Below are positions 12,015 through 23,516 of a stretch of 64,000 bases of DNA, in pieces. Position 1 is the first letter of the stretch, and each line of letters begins with the position of its first letter. The stretch spans positions 47,565 to 111,564 of the forward strand of contig NIVC01001453.1 of the NCBI GenBank assembly GCA_002269645.1, given 5' to 3'. The notes under the pieces were generated by a model. That model was given only the letters and a program-made list of their open reading frames with translations, searched no databases and was not told the origin of the DNA. The translations under genes and the position numbers were made by a program. This DNA is from Macrostomum lignano (taxonomy: Eukaryota).

Positions 12015-14645
12015 ACTGCTTTTATCATTGCATGACGGAGTATTATGTTTGACTTCAAAAGAATGCTCAACTTATTTTTAATCAATCGCAAAATGATTGC
12101 TGAATGACGTTCTACATTACATGTACTCCTAGAATACTTGTATTGACGGTTTTAGGGGTGGCTCTAATTGTTTTTGCTTCGTGATTGGTTCTTTTTTATC
12201 TAAAACGAAGCACGTGACCTGGACCCGGCTTCTGGAGTGTATATGTTGATGCATTACTTTACTTTCCTATTTTTAAACTAGCAGACTTTCGAATGTACAA
12301 ATTTACTTACACAGCTAGAAGGAAATGGCTTAATGTCTGCTTGACGGTGGAGTACGAGTATCTATTTTAGTAGAAGATTACTGAAACGTTATCGAGAAGA
12401 TAAGCATTCTAGCCTATGGTTTTCAACCCTATAATAGGTTTTTAGCCTATTTGAATGGCAATTACTACATAAAAGTACATTGCCGGTTTGTACGCTTTAA
12501 GATTTTATCTAACCCCAAGACTGCTGCTGATAGCTCGGGAATTCGGGAATGTACATTGTTTTGTAAAGATAAGCTTTCCCCCTCTCAGGCGTTCCAATGT
12601 ACATTAGCCAATCGCCAGTATTCACGTCTTTCCTAGCTCCCAGCAGGGCCCTTTTTCGCGGGACAGATAATGATTCATCGACCATTATTTTTGCGCACTG
12701 TAAATACATGGTGCACTTATTTTCTGTTTATAACCACTTCTATATGTCAATATACATTCAGAAGCTACATTTAATCTTTAAAGCTGTTATTTTCGTGTGT
12801 AAACAATAACAAAATCTTAAAAAACAAAGGCAAGCAGCTATGCTAATCAAGCAGATCAATCGCATGTCCAATTGTTGCCGAAATCTAATTTGCTTTTTAT
12901 ACTAAATTTAGCTATGCAACGTATCAGATTTTTTGGCACGGAGTTTCTTATGAAAGTACTCCTAATTTAAACAAAACATACGCCTTTTTGCTCATAAAAG
13001 TAATTAATAATAACAATATTATTTGAATTAAGCTTAATATTTATTATAGTACTCAACAACATTAAAAATTCGCCACCTTTAAGAGTGCGCAGTAAATTCT
13101 AGCTCAGAATTGACTTTTGAGTGAGGTACGCAACTCGGTGAGGAGGGATTGGGAAGAGCGGCGCGGGGCGAAGATTGGATGGATTGAAGCTTCCGCCCGG
13201 TTTTCATTGTGTTTTTTCAATAATTTTTTATATCAAAATGGTTGGCTAGGTGATAGACGCTGGTCGAAAGGTCAGTAATAGACACACTGCTCATGCTGAG
13301 GCAAATGGTGGCGACTTTTCAATGTTGCTGAGTAGATACATGTACATGTACTTCTTGAACTTTTTACAGTTTCTAACTAAAAATTATTTTAAACGCGACG
13401 ATAGTTCGTCAATATTAATTTTCGGCCTGCACATATTTGCATGTACATGCTAATGAAGATTGATTACTATTGTATTAAGATTGCATGTTGTACAGCTTGT
13501 AGTTCAATATTGTAGTTGCATGCCTGTTGCTAACGCAGACTCTTAACACAGATCACGTGCCGAAGCCTAAAAATTAAGGTGGCTATCATGCGACTAATTA
13601 AATGTAGTTATGTTACAAAATCGTCCGATATATTTAACTATATCAATTACGCTTGATCAGTAACTGCTTTATATGAGCACTTACCAATCAAAGAAAATCA
13701 TTTTCATAAAAATCCATGCATTTTTAGTCAACCACATTATTCTTGTAAATCAAAGTCGACAAATTTTATGAATTCTCATGCGTATCTTACAATTTTACTG
13801 CTTACTAATCGTTTCAGTTTATTAGATTTTATAATTTCGAGAACTTCTAAAAACTTATTTTGTTTAAATAGAACCACTTGCAGACATGTCCGTGTCGTAG
13901 TAAAAAACATCGTCAGTCAAATGTACGCTCGTAGCAACAAAACAACAAAAAATTAAATTATTATGCCAAGTATAGGGTTTGTGCGCGCGTTTAGACAGTG
14001 ACTTTTTGAGCTGTCAATTATTTTTTTATTTTCCACAAAAAAAGTTATTGGCTAAAATTTACATGCAGCAGCTCACAATATCTGTTCTCTTACACACGTT
14101 ACATGTATATGAATGCAGGAAATGATATCAAAATAATCTCAGTAACTAGTTTGAAAAAATAGAGAACCCGATACATGTATAAGGATTAACAGACGGATAA
14201 AAAAACAGGCTGGTGTAAAATGTAAAACTTTCATAGGTTTGAGCTTTGCAGTAAAATACACATTCTGAATTTTGAACATCTTTGCATGCTTATGAGAAAC
14301 AACACTATTCATAACTACGTGCAGTCAATGAGTTTTAATTAGCAGGAAAAACGACCCGGTGTTTCGATATTTTTTGATGAGATGGTTACACTGATTACAT
14401 CATCGTTTGGCGCTTTTCATTTCGGGGGCTAAATTTGAAGCATAATTAATTGATGTCTATGAAGCGATCGAAATCCAGTTGTCATTTTGTGCACTCTCAA
14501 GCATCTATGTGGAGGATGCCACACTGCTTGAAATTTCCGCACTTGTCAGTATCACCTTTGTCACTTGTCAGAGTTTATCATTTGTGAAGTTGCTTATAAA
14601 ACAGCAGCCTTATTAAAGGCCCACGGATCCTTCGGTACACAGTAC

Positions 14646-17600
14646 TCAAGCCTGACTGTTCGACTTAGTCGAAGAATCCTGCAGAGCGCTCACACTGCCT
14701 GGAACAGTTGAGCACACGGTCAGGTCCGGATGACTCTGACATCGACGCTTTCTTCCTTTGTAAGCTGTTCGCCAAATTTCCACGAAACAGCAGGCCGAAT
14801 GGAACCGGAAGAAGATGATCAGCGGCGAGCACACGTAGGCAAAGATGTTCGACGCGACTGGTACGTAGGCGTGACTGTAGTTTGGCAGATTGTTGATCTC
14901 GCGTATCTCCAACGTGTACACAATCCACTGGGCGATGTTGCCCAGCAGTAAGGCGGCGATCATTTCTCGGCCGGGCTTCTCCTCGATGACTTCGTCACTT
15001 TTAGAGCGACGCTTTTCACCGTCGAGAACCAGGTAGACCTACGAGCGTAGAAGGATTGCAGTGAGCGCATTATTAGTGAGATTTGCGATCGCGGTGCTAG
15101 CAGGAGCGTAGCCAGGATTTTTATTGATGGGGCATGTTGGGACAGCGTCAGCAACAGGAAATTTTTGATATAGCGCCCCAAAAAAAGATACAGCGTCCCC
15201 AACCAAGATACAGCGTCCCCAACCAAGATACAGCGTCCCCAACCAAGATACAGCGTCCCCAACCAAGATACAGCGTCCCCAACCAAGATACAGCGTCCCC
15301 AACCAAGATACGGCGTCCCCAACCAAGATACAGCGTCCCCAACCAAGATACAGCGTCCCCAACCAAGATACAGCGTCCACAACCATGAGACAGCGTCTCT
15401 AACCAAGAGACTGCGTCCCAAACAAGAGACTGAGTACACTGCCGAACAAGAAATGCTCAATGAGAACAAGGCCGCTGTAACACCCTGTGTGAGTGTGTGC
15501 CAGCCCAGGGATTCACAAGTAAAAGGGCATCAACTGTCGCCAATTGAATTTCGGCAGTGCCTGAAGCCCTAATAAATATAAGTAGCATAGTGCTACTAAC
15601 TAACATATATAGTATTAATTTTTTATCTGACTCTCACCTGGAAAACGCTCTGCCCAATCGAGAGCAGGCCCTCGATGATTCGCAGTGCCATAAAAACGCC
15701 TTGCTCAGCGGACGCGCCAAACAATTGAAACATCTGATAGGCCAGCACTCCGATCAGGGTGATGCCGAGCAGCCAGGAGTCTGGTCCCGTACCAGCCCGG
15801 TGTAGCAGAGTCAACTTGCGCATTTTGGCATTCGCAATGGCGCACAGCACCAGATTAACTGTCAGCAGGATCAGGTCTGTGATCTGATAGATTAATTGAC
15901 TTGTAACGGCGTCGTCTGGCTTGTCGTTGACGTACACGGTGAAGTAGATCCCCGACACGATGCCCAAAATGAGCAGAAAAGCGCCAAGAAAAAAACCTTT
16001 GTCAGTTTTGTAGCAGCTGGCGGAGAAGCTGGTCTGCGATCGTTTGCGATTTCTCAGACACTTCTTGGCCACGTTGAAGCCTTTGGATTGAATGACGTCC
16101 AGAAATTTGCTAACGTTTCGATACAGAGTGAAACAGGTGAACGCCGCCATCAGCGCGTACTCGATAGTGAATGGAAACAGGTAGGGCGCCATCCTCCAGA
16201 AGACGTCTTTTGAGCAAGTGCTTCCGACACTGTGTGCAGTTGTGCTGGCATTCGAGTATGTATCATTGCTGCTGTAACTGCTACTGCCGTGGTCTCCGTC
16301 GCCGTGGTCGTTGCCGCCAGAGTGATTCTTTGTACTATGACTCGTTTCCAGCAGGATCGCTTGGAACCAAACGCACATGTTGGTAGCTAACAGGTGCATG
16401 AAGCCCAGCACAGAGAACTGTGTGTGGCAGAGTTTGAAATTCGTTTTTTTCTAGCAAATTTATACGAATCACAGACGAAAGATTGTCGAAATGAACTCAA
16501 ATAATCTACTTATGAATAACCGCACAAAAGGCTATCACGAAGTTTTTATTAATAAGCCTTCTACAGATGTTCTACAGTTACTACATACTCATTTTATACT
16601 ACTAATTTGGTTGTTAACGGGTCGCCATCATAATATCACAAATATCACAAACCCGAAATATCAATTCCGAAAACCTAAATAGCGTTGGACATTGCTAGAA
16701 CTTTCGGAGTTGTGATATTTCGGGTTTGTCATATTTCGGGTTTATGATATTTTGGTGGAAAGCACTTTTTGGAGCTGTGATTTTTCGGGGTTGTGATGCC
16801 CCCGACCCCCTGTTATACCATATATTTATTCTCTTGAATCTGCACTAAGCAAACTTACATTTCTGTAGATGTTCACGGAAACTTTGCTGTATTTGAAGAG
16901 AAAGAAGGTCTGCAGCACGGTGAAGATAATGCTTAGCGTGTACTGAAGCACCTTGGCAACGGAATCGCTGACCTTCTTGTAGGCGCAGTGGCCAGTGATG
17001 TCCGCCATGCAGTCTACAATCATCAGCGTCTCGTGTGTCATCTTCAAGGCGCCGAAGATGAAGCAGGCAACCCGGAGGAAGAACGAGGGCGAGTGCGACT
17101 CCTGCAGTGACAGCACTGAACAAGCTGGGATCTCTTGGACGCCAAATTCCCGGGCGTTCTGCAGCAGCGTCGAGTTGATCCGGTCGCCCATACGACGCCC
17201 ACTGCCGCCGCCGTGGCCAGCGCCGCCGGCAGCGCCGTTTCGCCGACGGCGAGCGGCGGCGGCTGCCGTAGCGACCGAGAATGCGGTTGTCGCGTCCGAA
17301 TACGCCGAATTCACCGTTGTCTGCTGGTCAAAGACAGTGCTGCTGCGGTTGGACGAGCCGTTGCTGATGGAGTCGATTCTAGGAAATAGGATTTTTCGAT
17401 AGACTGGTTGATAGGGGCTTTAATCTCGATCAAATATACCGGAAAATGTACCTAATCTACATTCCTACACGCTTTGGAAATAGCTTTGAAGATAAAAGAA
17501 CAGAAAGCTATCAATATAGAGTTAAGACATAAAACTTCGTTGACAAATTACCGAGTTTGAAATCATGCTATTCTGGGATGTCAAGCGTACAGATTCTTAT

Positions 17601-20600
17601 CATTAGAGAAAGATGGGAGCATCTATCATCAGGGAACCATGAGGACGTAGCGCTCGTCAAAATGTACTTTACAAGTATCATTGGAAAACTTAAAAACTCT
17701 AAGCGAAATCTAATTGCACACATGCACATTGTGCAATTAAAAAGAACCTTATTTGTGCTCGAAAAAGGACCTGATTTGTGCTCGAAAAAGGACCTGATAT
17801 GTGCTTGAAAAAGGACCTGATTTTTGCTTGAAAAAGGACCTGATTTGTGCTTGTAAAAAGACCTGATTTTTGCTTGAAAAAGAACCTGATTTGTGCTCGA
17901 AAAAGGACCTGATTTGTGCTTGAAAAGGACCTTTGTTTCACCTGTCAGGCAGTTCCGGACTCTCGCTGACTCCTGGTTCGTGCAGTTCGATGCAGGCCTC
18001 GCCGAAAGCTGGGGCTGGGGGCAGATTTGGTGCTGCAGCCGACTCCTTTGTGGTCTAGAAACGGGGGAATATTTTAATTAGGAGTGATGAAGCGATGACT
18101 TATTACAGTTAATAATATTAAACCCGGATTCGAATAAACTCCGGAGTAAAAGTGCTTAATGAAATTCATTACCTCCTTGTTAGCTTCAAACGCTTTGTTG
18201 TCATTTCCGCTGTCCTGAAAATGAAATTAGATTTTAAATTTTGAATTCAGAATCTGGGCACTAGCTACTTAGGAGACGTGGCTCATATTAAGACACCTAA
18301 AATTTTATATACGTCGTATGAAGCACACTAGGGCTATGAATTGCTAGCGTAGACTACGTGCGTAAGTAACCACAGGGCTACGACTACATGAGTTCCCAGC
18401 ACAAACTAAGTAACCACAGGGCTACGACTCCATGAGTTCCCAGCACAAACTAAGTAACCACAGGGCTACGACTCCATGAGTTACCAGCACAAACTAAGTA
18501 ACCACAGGGCTACGACTCCATGAGTTACCAGCACAAACTAAGTAACCACAGGGCTACGACTCCATGAGTTCCCAGCACAAACTAAGTAACCACAGGGCTA
18601 CGACTCCATGAGTTCCCAGCACAAACTAAGTAACCACAGGGCTACGACTCCATGAGTTCCCAGCACAAACTAAGTAACCACAGGGCTACGACTCCATGAG
18701 TTACCAGCACAAACTAAGTAACCACAGGGCTACGACTCCATGAGTTCCCAGCACAAACTAAGTAACCACAGGGCTACGACTCCATGAGTTCCCAGCACAA
18801 ACTAAGTAACCACAGGGCTACGACTCCATGAGTTCCCAGCACAAACTAAGTAACCACAGGGCTACGACTCCATGAGTTCCCAGCACAAACTAAGTAACCA
18901 CAGGGCTACGACTCCATGAGTTCCCAGCACAAACTAAGTAACCACAGGGCTACGACTCCATGAGTTCCCAGCACAAACTAAGTAACCACAGGGCTACGAC
19001 TCCATGAGTTCCCAGCACAAACTAAGTAACCACAGGGCTACGACTCCATGAGTTCCCAGCACAAACTAAGTAACCACAGGGCTACGACTCCATGAGTTCC
19101 CAGCACAAACTAAGTAACCACAGGGCTACGACTCCATGAGTTCCCAGCACAAACTAAGTAACCACAGGGCTACGACTCCATGAGTTCCCAGCACAAACTA
19201 AGTAACCACAGGGCTACGACTCCATGAGTTCCCAGCACAAACTAAGTAACCACAGGGCTACGACTCCATGAGTTCCCAGCACAAACTAAGTAACCACAGG
19301 GCTACGACTCCATGAGTTCCCAGCACAAACTAAGTAACCACAGGGCTACGACTCCATGAGTTCCCAGCACAAACTAAGTAACCACAGGGCTACGACTCCA
19401 TGAGTTCCCAGCACAAACTAAGTAACCACAGGGCTACGACTCCATGAGTTCCCAGCACAAACTAAGTAACCACAGGGCTACGACTCCATGAGTTCCCAGC
19501 ACAAACTAAGTAACCACAGGGCTACGACTCCATGAGTTCCCAGCACAAACTAAGTAACCACAGGGCTACGACTCCATGAGTTCCCAGCACAAACTAAGTA
19601 ACCACAGGGCTACGACTCCATGAGTTCCCAGCACAAACTAAGTAACCACAGGGCTACGACTCCATGAGTTCCCAGCACAAACTAAGTAACCACAGGGCTA
19701 CGACTCCATGAGTTCCCAGCACAAACTAAGTAACCACAGGGCTACGACTCCATGAGTTACCAGCACAAACTAAGTAACCACAGGGCTACGACTCCATGAG
19801 TTCCCAGCACAAACTAAGTAACCACAGGGCTACGACTCCATGAGTTCCCAGCACAAACTAAGTAACCACAGGGCTACGACTCCATGAGTTACCAGCACAA
19901 ACTAAGTAACCACAGGGCTACGACTCCATGAGTTCCCAGCACAAACTAAGTAACCACAGAACTACGACTTCGAGTTCTAATACCAATCTACGAACAGATC
20001 AGATCACAGACCTCTTCGTCGGAGTCCATAGACCCATTCATCCCGACGTGAAAAGTCACCGGACCCGGTCGATGATGATTGTGATGCAGCTGATTCTGAT
20101 CAAGCTCTTGCTGGTAGCGCCGTCTCTCCGAGTCCGATAGGAACAAAATATGCGGCGGTCGTCTCAATACCCAGGCAAGAAAGAAGACGAGAAAGGCGAT
20201 GGAAACCAGGTACAAGATGATGTAGAAGCCTGCCAGGTACCAAGCTGAGAAGGGCTCCAAGCTGACATAGTTTGATAGCGGAAAGACAAAGCCAAACAGG
20301 GTGAGGCCCATGGCGTACAGCAGGGCCAGCTGATCAAAGGTTGCCGACCGATGCTCGGAGCTGCGACCTGCCGCGCTCTCCGCTCGATCGTGAGCGTGCC
20401 GATCGCGCAGCTGAGTAAACGGATTTTCTATAGAGTTGATGCGGACCACCTTGGAAGACTTCGGCTTGTTGGCAGTCGTTGGCGAGACAGCGGAAGCCGC
20501 TACAGCCTCTGACGCCGGGGCCTTGATACTGGCGTTGGATCTGACCGACCTGCGGAACGTCTCTGGCACAGTGGCGACAGACAGATGGTTGGCCGCATTG

Positions 20601-20614
20601 GGTCGCTGCTGCAT
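14646..20614 (-). CDS. Otop: Otopetrin family proton-selective channel (~816 aa, 6 coding exons)
   Basis: Exons 20614-20012, 18214-18173, 18054-17942, 17378-16859, 16417-15638 and 15038-14646. All introns are GT-AG with consistent phases. Family motifs: LLYAMGLTLFGFVFP, FYIILYLVSIAFL, SHSPSFFLRV, GFMHLLATNMCVW, YLFPFTIEYALMAA, KPGREMIAALLLGN, PLIIFFRFHS. The start codon is uncertain, since an upstream exon spliced at cacag near 20636 is possible. Confidence 0.92.
15178..15410. repeat. 20-bp minisatellite (CCCCAACCAAGATACAGCGT)n
   Basis: In the last otopetrin intron, about 11 copies. Confidence 0.92.
16619..16808. mobile_element. Palindromic MITE-like insertion (~190 bp) in an otopetrin intron
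   Basis: Perfect 17-bp inverted repeat: ACAAACCCGAAATATCA (16647-16663) and TGATATTTCGGGTTTGT (16713-16729). Ends are GGGTCG...CGACCC. No clear TSD. Confidence 0.5.
17750..17930. repeat. ~22-23-bp minisatellite (AAAAAGGACCTGATTTGTGCTTG)n
   Basis: Otopetrin intron. Confidence 0.85.
18365..19960. repeat. 44-bp near-perfect minisatellite (AGTAACCACAGGGCTACGACTCCATGAGTTCCCAGCACAAACTA)n, ~36 copies
   Basis: Otopetrin intron 1; the main variation is a single C/A site. Confidence 0.95.
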
Positions 20615-21239
20615 TGCCAAGTTGAATGGGAGCTTATTGCTGTGAGCTCTGGCAGACTCGCAAAAAAATTGTCAACGAGTTGTTCTGCCTTCTTTTTTAT
20701 CGCTGATGCTCTCTCAATGCTGTTGAAAAAAGTAATGAAAATAAATAGTTGTGAGCGCACTGGGCAGTCAGTTTTGGCGTCACGAATGCACTACAATGGT
20801 ATGCGGTTTAATGTGATCTTATTTGCTGCTCAGCCTATTTCTGCGAGTATCTCTCTGTCTCCTTATTTCCTTCTCTCTTCTGTCTTTCTGTTTGTCTCGT
20901 CAGGGGTAGAGGAGACTTATTTTTTTAACTTGAGCGAAATACAATGCACAGTACGACGCTATAATGTTATGTGAGTCTTCTTACTCTCCTGTGCTGAATT
21001 TGTTGTACACAGCGACTTCTCAAAAACAGTCAGGAGCCATGCATAGGCTGTTGCGCTCAATATTTTTAGAGACTTAACTCCGTCCGTCTGTTTGCCAGCT
21101 TTATGTGTAGTTTTGCAGCGTTATTGTTTTTTGTCTTAAAAGTACATGTACAATGCAGCCACGGCCCTTACTTTAGTTTGTAGGCATAAGAATTTGCCTT
21201 CTCGAGACATATTTTGTGCATAATGGCTAATAAAGCATA

Positions 21240-21432
21240 GGACCGTATGCAGAAAGCTTAGTCCAGACTAGCTAGTCCGGACTTGGGTAGTTTAGTCTAT
21301 AGTCTATGGTCCAGCTACCCTAGTTCTGCTATAGTAGACTGGTCTAACTTTGTGTTTCTGCATACCAAATCCAAGTCTAGACTAGCTTTTCAAGACCGGA
21401 CTACCCTAGACAGAGCTTTCTGCATACGGCCC
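21240..21432. mobile_element. PIF/Harbinger (Tourist-like) MITE, 193 bp
   Basis: 19-bp TIRs with one mismatch: GGACCGTATGCAGAAAGCT and AGCTTTCTGCATACGGCCC. A 3-bp ATA flanks both sides (21237-39, 21433-35). The superfamily is inferred from the 3-bp TSD and GG-NCC termini. Confidence 0.7.
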
Positions 21433-21698
21433 ATAGTTTCAACTATAAATTCCGTAAAGTGCACGTCGGGAAAGGATTGTTGCTAGTTGTCTATGGTAAA
21501 AGCCATAGAACCACGCGGCCACTTCGTGGACATCCTAGAAAATACTGGAATCTTCTGCCTCAAGCCATGTTTATTCAAATGGACACTTGCCATCAAACCA
21601 TTAGGAAAAATGAGTAATTTCATTACTAAAATTTCATTACTAAAAATACACCATTCTATTCCTTGACAGTTTCCTGTGTTGCTTCTATTTCTGTTGGT

Positions 21699-22828
21699 TG
21701 CTTCATTTCCAGTCGCTTCATTTCCAGTCGCTTCATTTCCAGTCGCTTCATTTCCAGTCGCTTCATTTCCAGTCGCTTCATTTCCAGTCGCTTCATTTCC
21801 AGTCGCTTCATTTCCAGTCGCTTCATTTCCAGTCGCTTCATTTCCAGTCGCTTCATTTCCAGTCGCTTCATTTCCAGTCGCTTCATTTCCAGTCGCTTCA
21901 TTTCCAGTCGCTTCATTTCCAGTCGCTTCATTTCCAGTCGCTTCATTTCCAGTCGCTTCATTTCCAGTCGCTTCATTTCCAGTCGCTTCATTTCCAGTCG
22001 CTTCATTTCCAGTCGCTTCATTTCCAGTCGCTTCATTTCCAGTCGCTTCATTTCCAGTCGCTTCATTTCCAGTCGCTTCATTTCCAGTCGCTTCATTTCC
22101 AGTCGCTTCATTTCCAGTCGCTTCATTTCCAGTCGCTTCATTTCCAGTCGCTTCATTTCCAGTCGCTTCATTTCCAGTCGCTTCATTTCCAGTCGCTTCA
22201 TTTCCAGTCGCTTCATTTCCAGTCGCTTCATTTCCAGTCGCTTCATTTCCAGTCGCTTCATTTCCAGTCGCTTCATTTCCAGTCGCTTCATTTCCAGTCG
22301 CTTCATTTCCAGTCGCTTCATTTCCAGTCGCTTCATTTCCAGTCGCTTCATTTCCAGTCGCTTCATTTCCAGTCGCTTCATTTCCAGTCGCTTCATTTCC
22401 AGTCGCTTCATTTCCAGTCGCTTCATTTCCAGTCGCTTCATTTCCAGTCGCTTCATTTCCAGTCGCTTCATTTCCAGTCGCTTCATTTCCAGTCGCTTCA
22501 TTTCCAGTCGCTTCATTTCCAGTCGCTTCATTTCCAGTCGCTTCATTTCCAGTCGCTTCATTTCCAGTCGCTTCATTTCCAGTCGCTTCATTTCCAGTCG
22601 CTTCATTTCCAGTCGCTTCATTTCCAGTCGCTTCATTTCCAGTCGCTTCATTTCCAGTCGCTTCATTTCCAGTCGCTTCATTTCCAGTCGCTTCATTTCC
22701 AGTCGCTTCATTTCCAGTCGCTTCATTTCCAGTCGCTTCATTTCCAGTCGCTTCATTTCCAGTCGCTTCATTTCCAGTCGCTTCATTTCCAGTCGCTTCA
22801 TTTCCAGTCGCTTCATTTCCAGTCGCTT
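21699..22828. repeat. Perfect 15-bp tandem array (TTTCCAGTCGCTTCA)n, ~75 copies
   Basis: No variant units seen. Lies between the divergent 5' ends of otopetrin and the NHE-like gene. Confidence 0.97.
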
Positions 22829-23516
22829 CTAGTACTACTTTACTTTAAGCGACATTGTCACACAACCGGCAAGAGGCATTACTGCCCATTCCGCCGACTC
22901 CCCTAAGCAGGCACACAAGCGCGCGGATACGTACGCAGGCACACACTCACACAGGAGTGTACAGCGGCCCTAACTTTATTTATCGTTAGACATGTACATT
23001 TCAGTGTGTCTTGGTGGTTGGCTCTCAAGGACGTTAATTGCACGAGCAGAGCCAAGCCGAGATTCCAATTTGGCCCAATATTTAATGACTGCACTTGGAA
23101 TCGAGCCTGGGCCGCTGGGACATCAGACTGGGACATCATCGCTGGACCACTAGGCTACGGTTCCCCTCTAGTAGCGTCACTTCTAGACACTTCATTATCA
23201 GCTGCAGCGTTATTTTCATTTGAATTGTTTTAAGTCACTTCATTTCTAATTCCTCAAAGACTAAATGGTTATTATATTTCTTACAGTGACGTAATAAAGG
23301 TCAGTAAGTGCACAGAGGATCTGCCGATCTGCACCGGGTGCTGCCGGTTTACCATAGACAAATCGCTCGTAAGCCATTTCTTTAGTAACTTCTAGAAGCG
23401 TGAATGCTATGGCTATTGAAATATCGAAAACTTGTGAAAGTCATGGCCTAGGATTTTTTGTCTAATTAATTAATTTCAATTTTGACTGAAAACTCACCAG
23501 ACCTTCGGACATCATC

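Noticed and set aside
18365-19960. CRISPR-like regular 44-bp periodicity
   Set aside because: There are no unique spacers and no cas genes, and it lies in a eukaryotic intron.
21656-22906. ~390-aa ORFs (MKRLE)n, (FISSR)n, (VASFP)n and (SLHFQ)n
   Set aside because: These translate a perfect 15-bp array that has no stop in several frames. There is no synonymous variation and no splice context.
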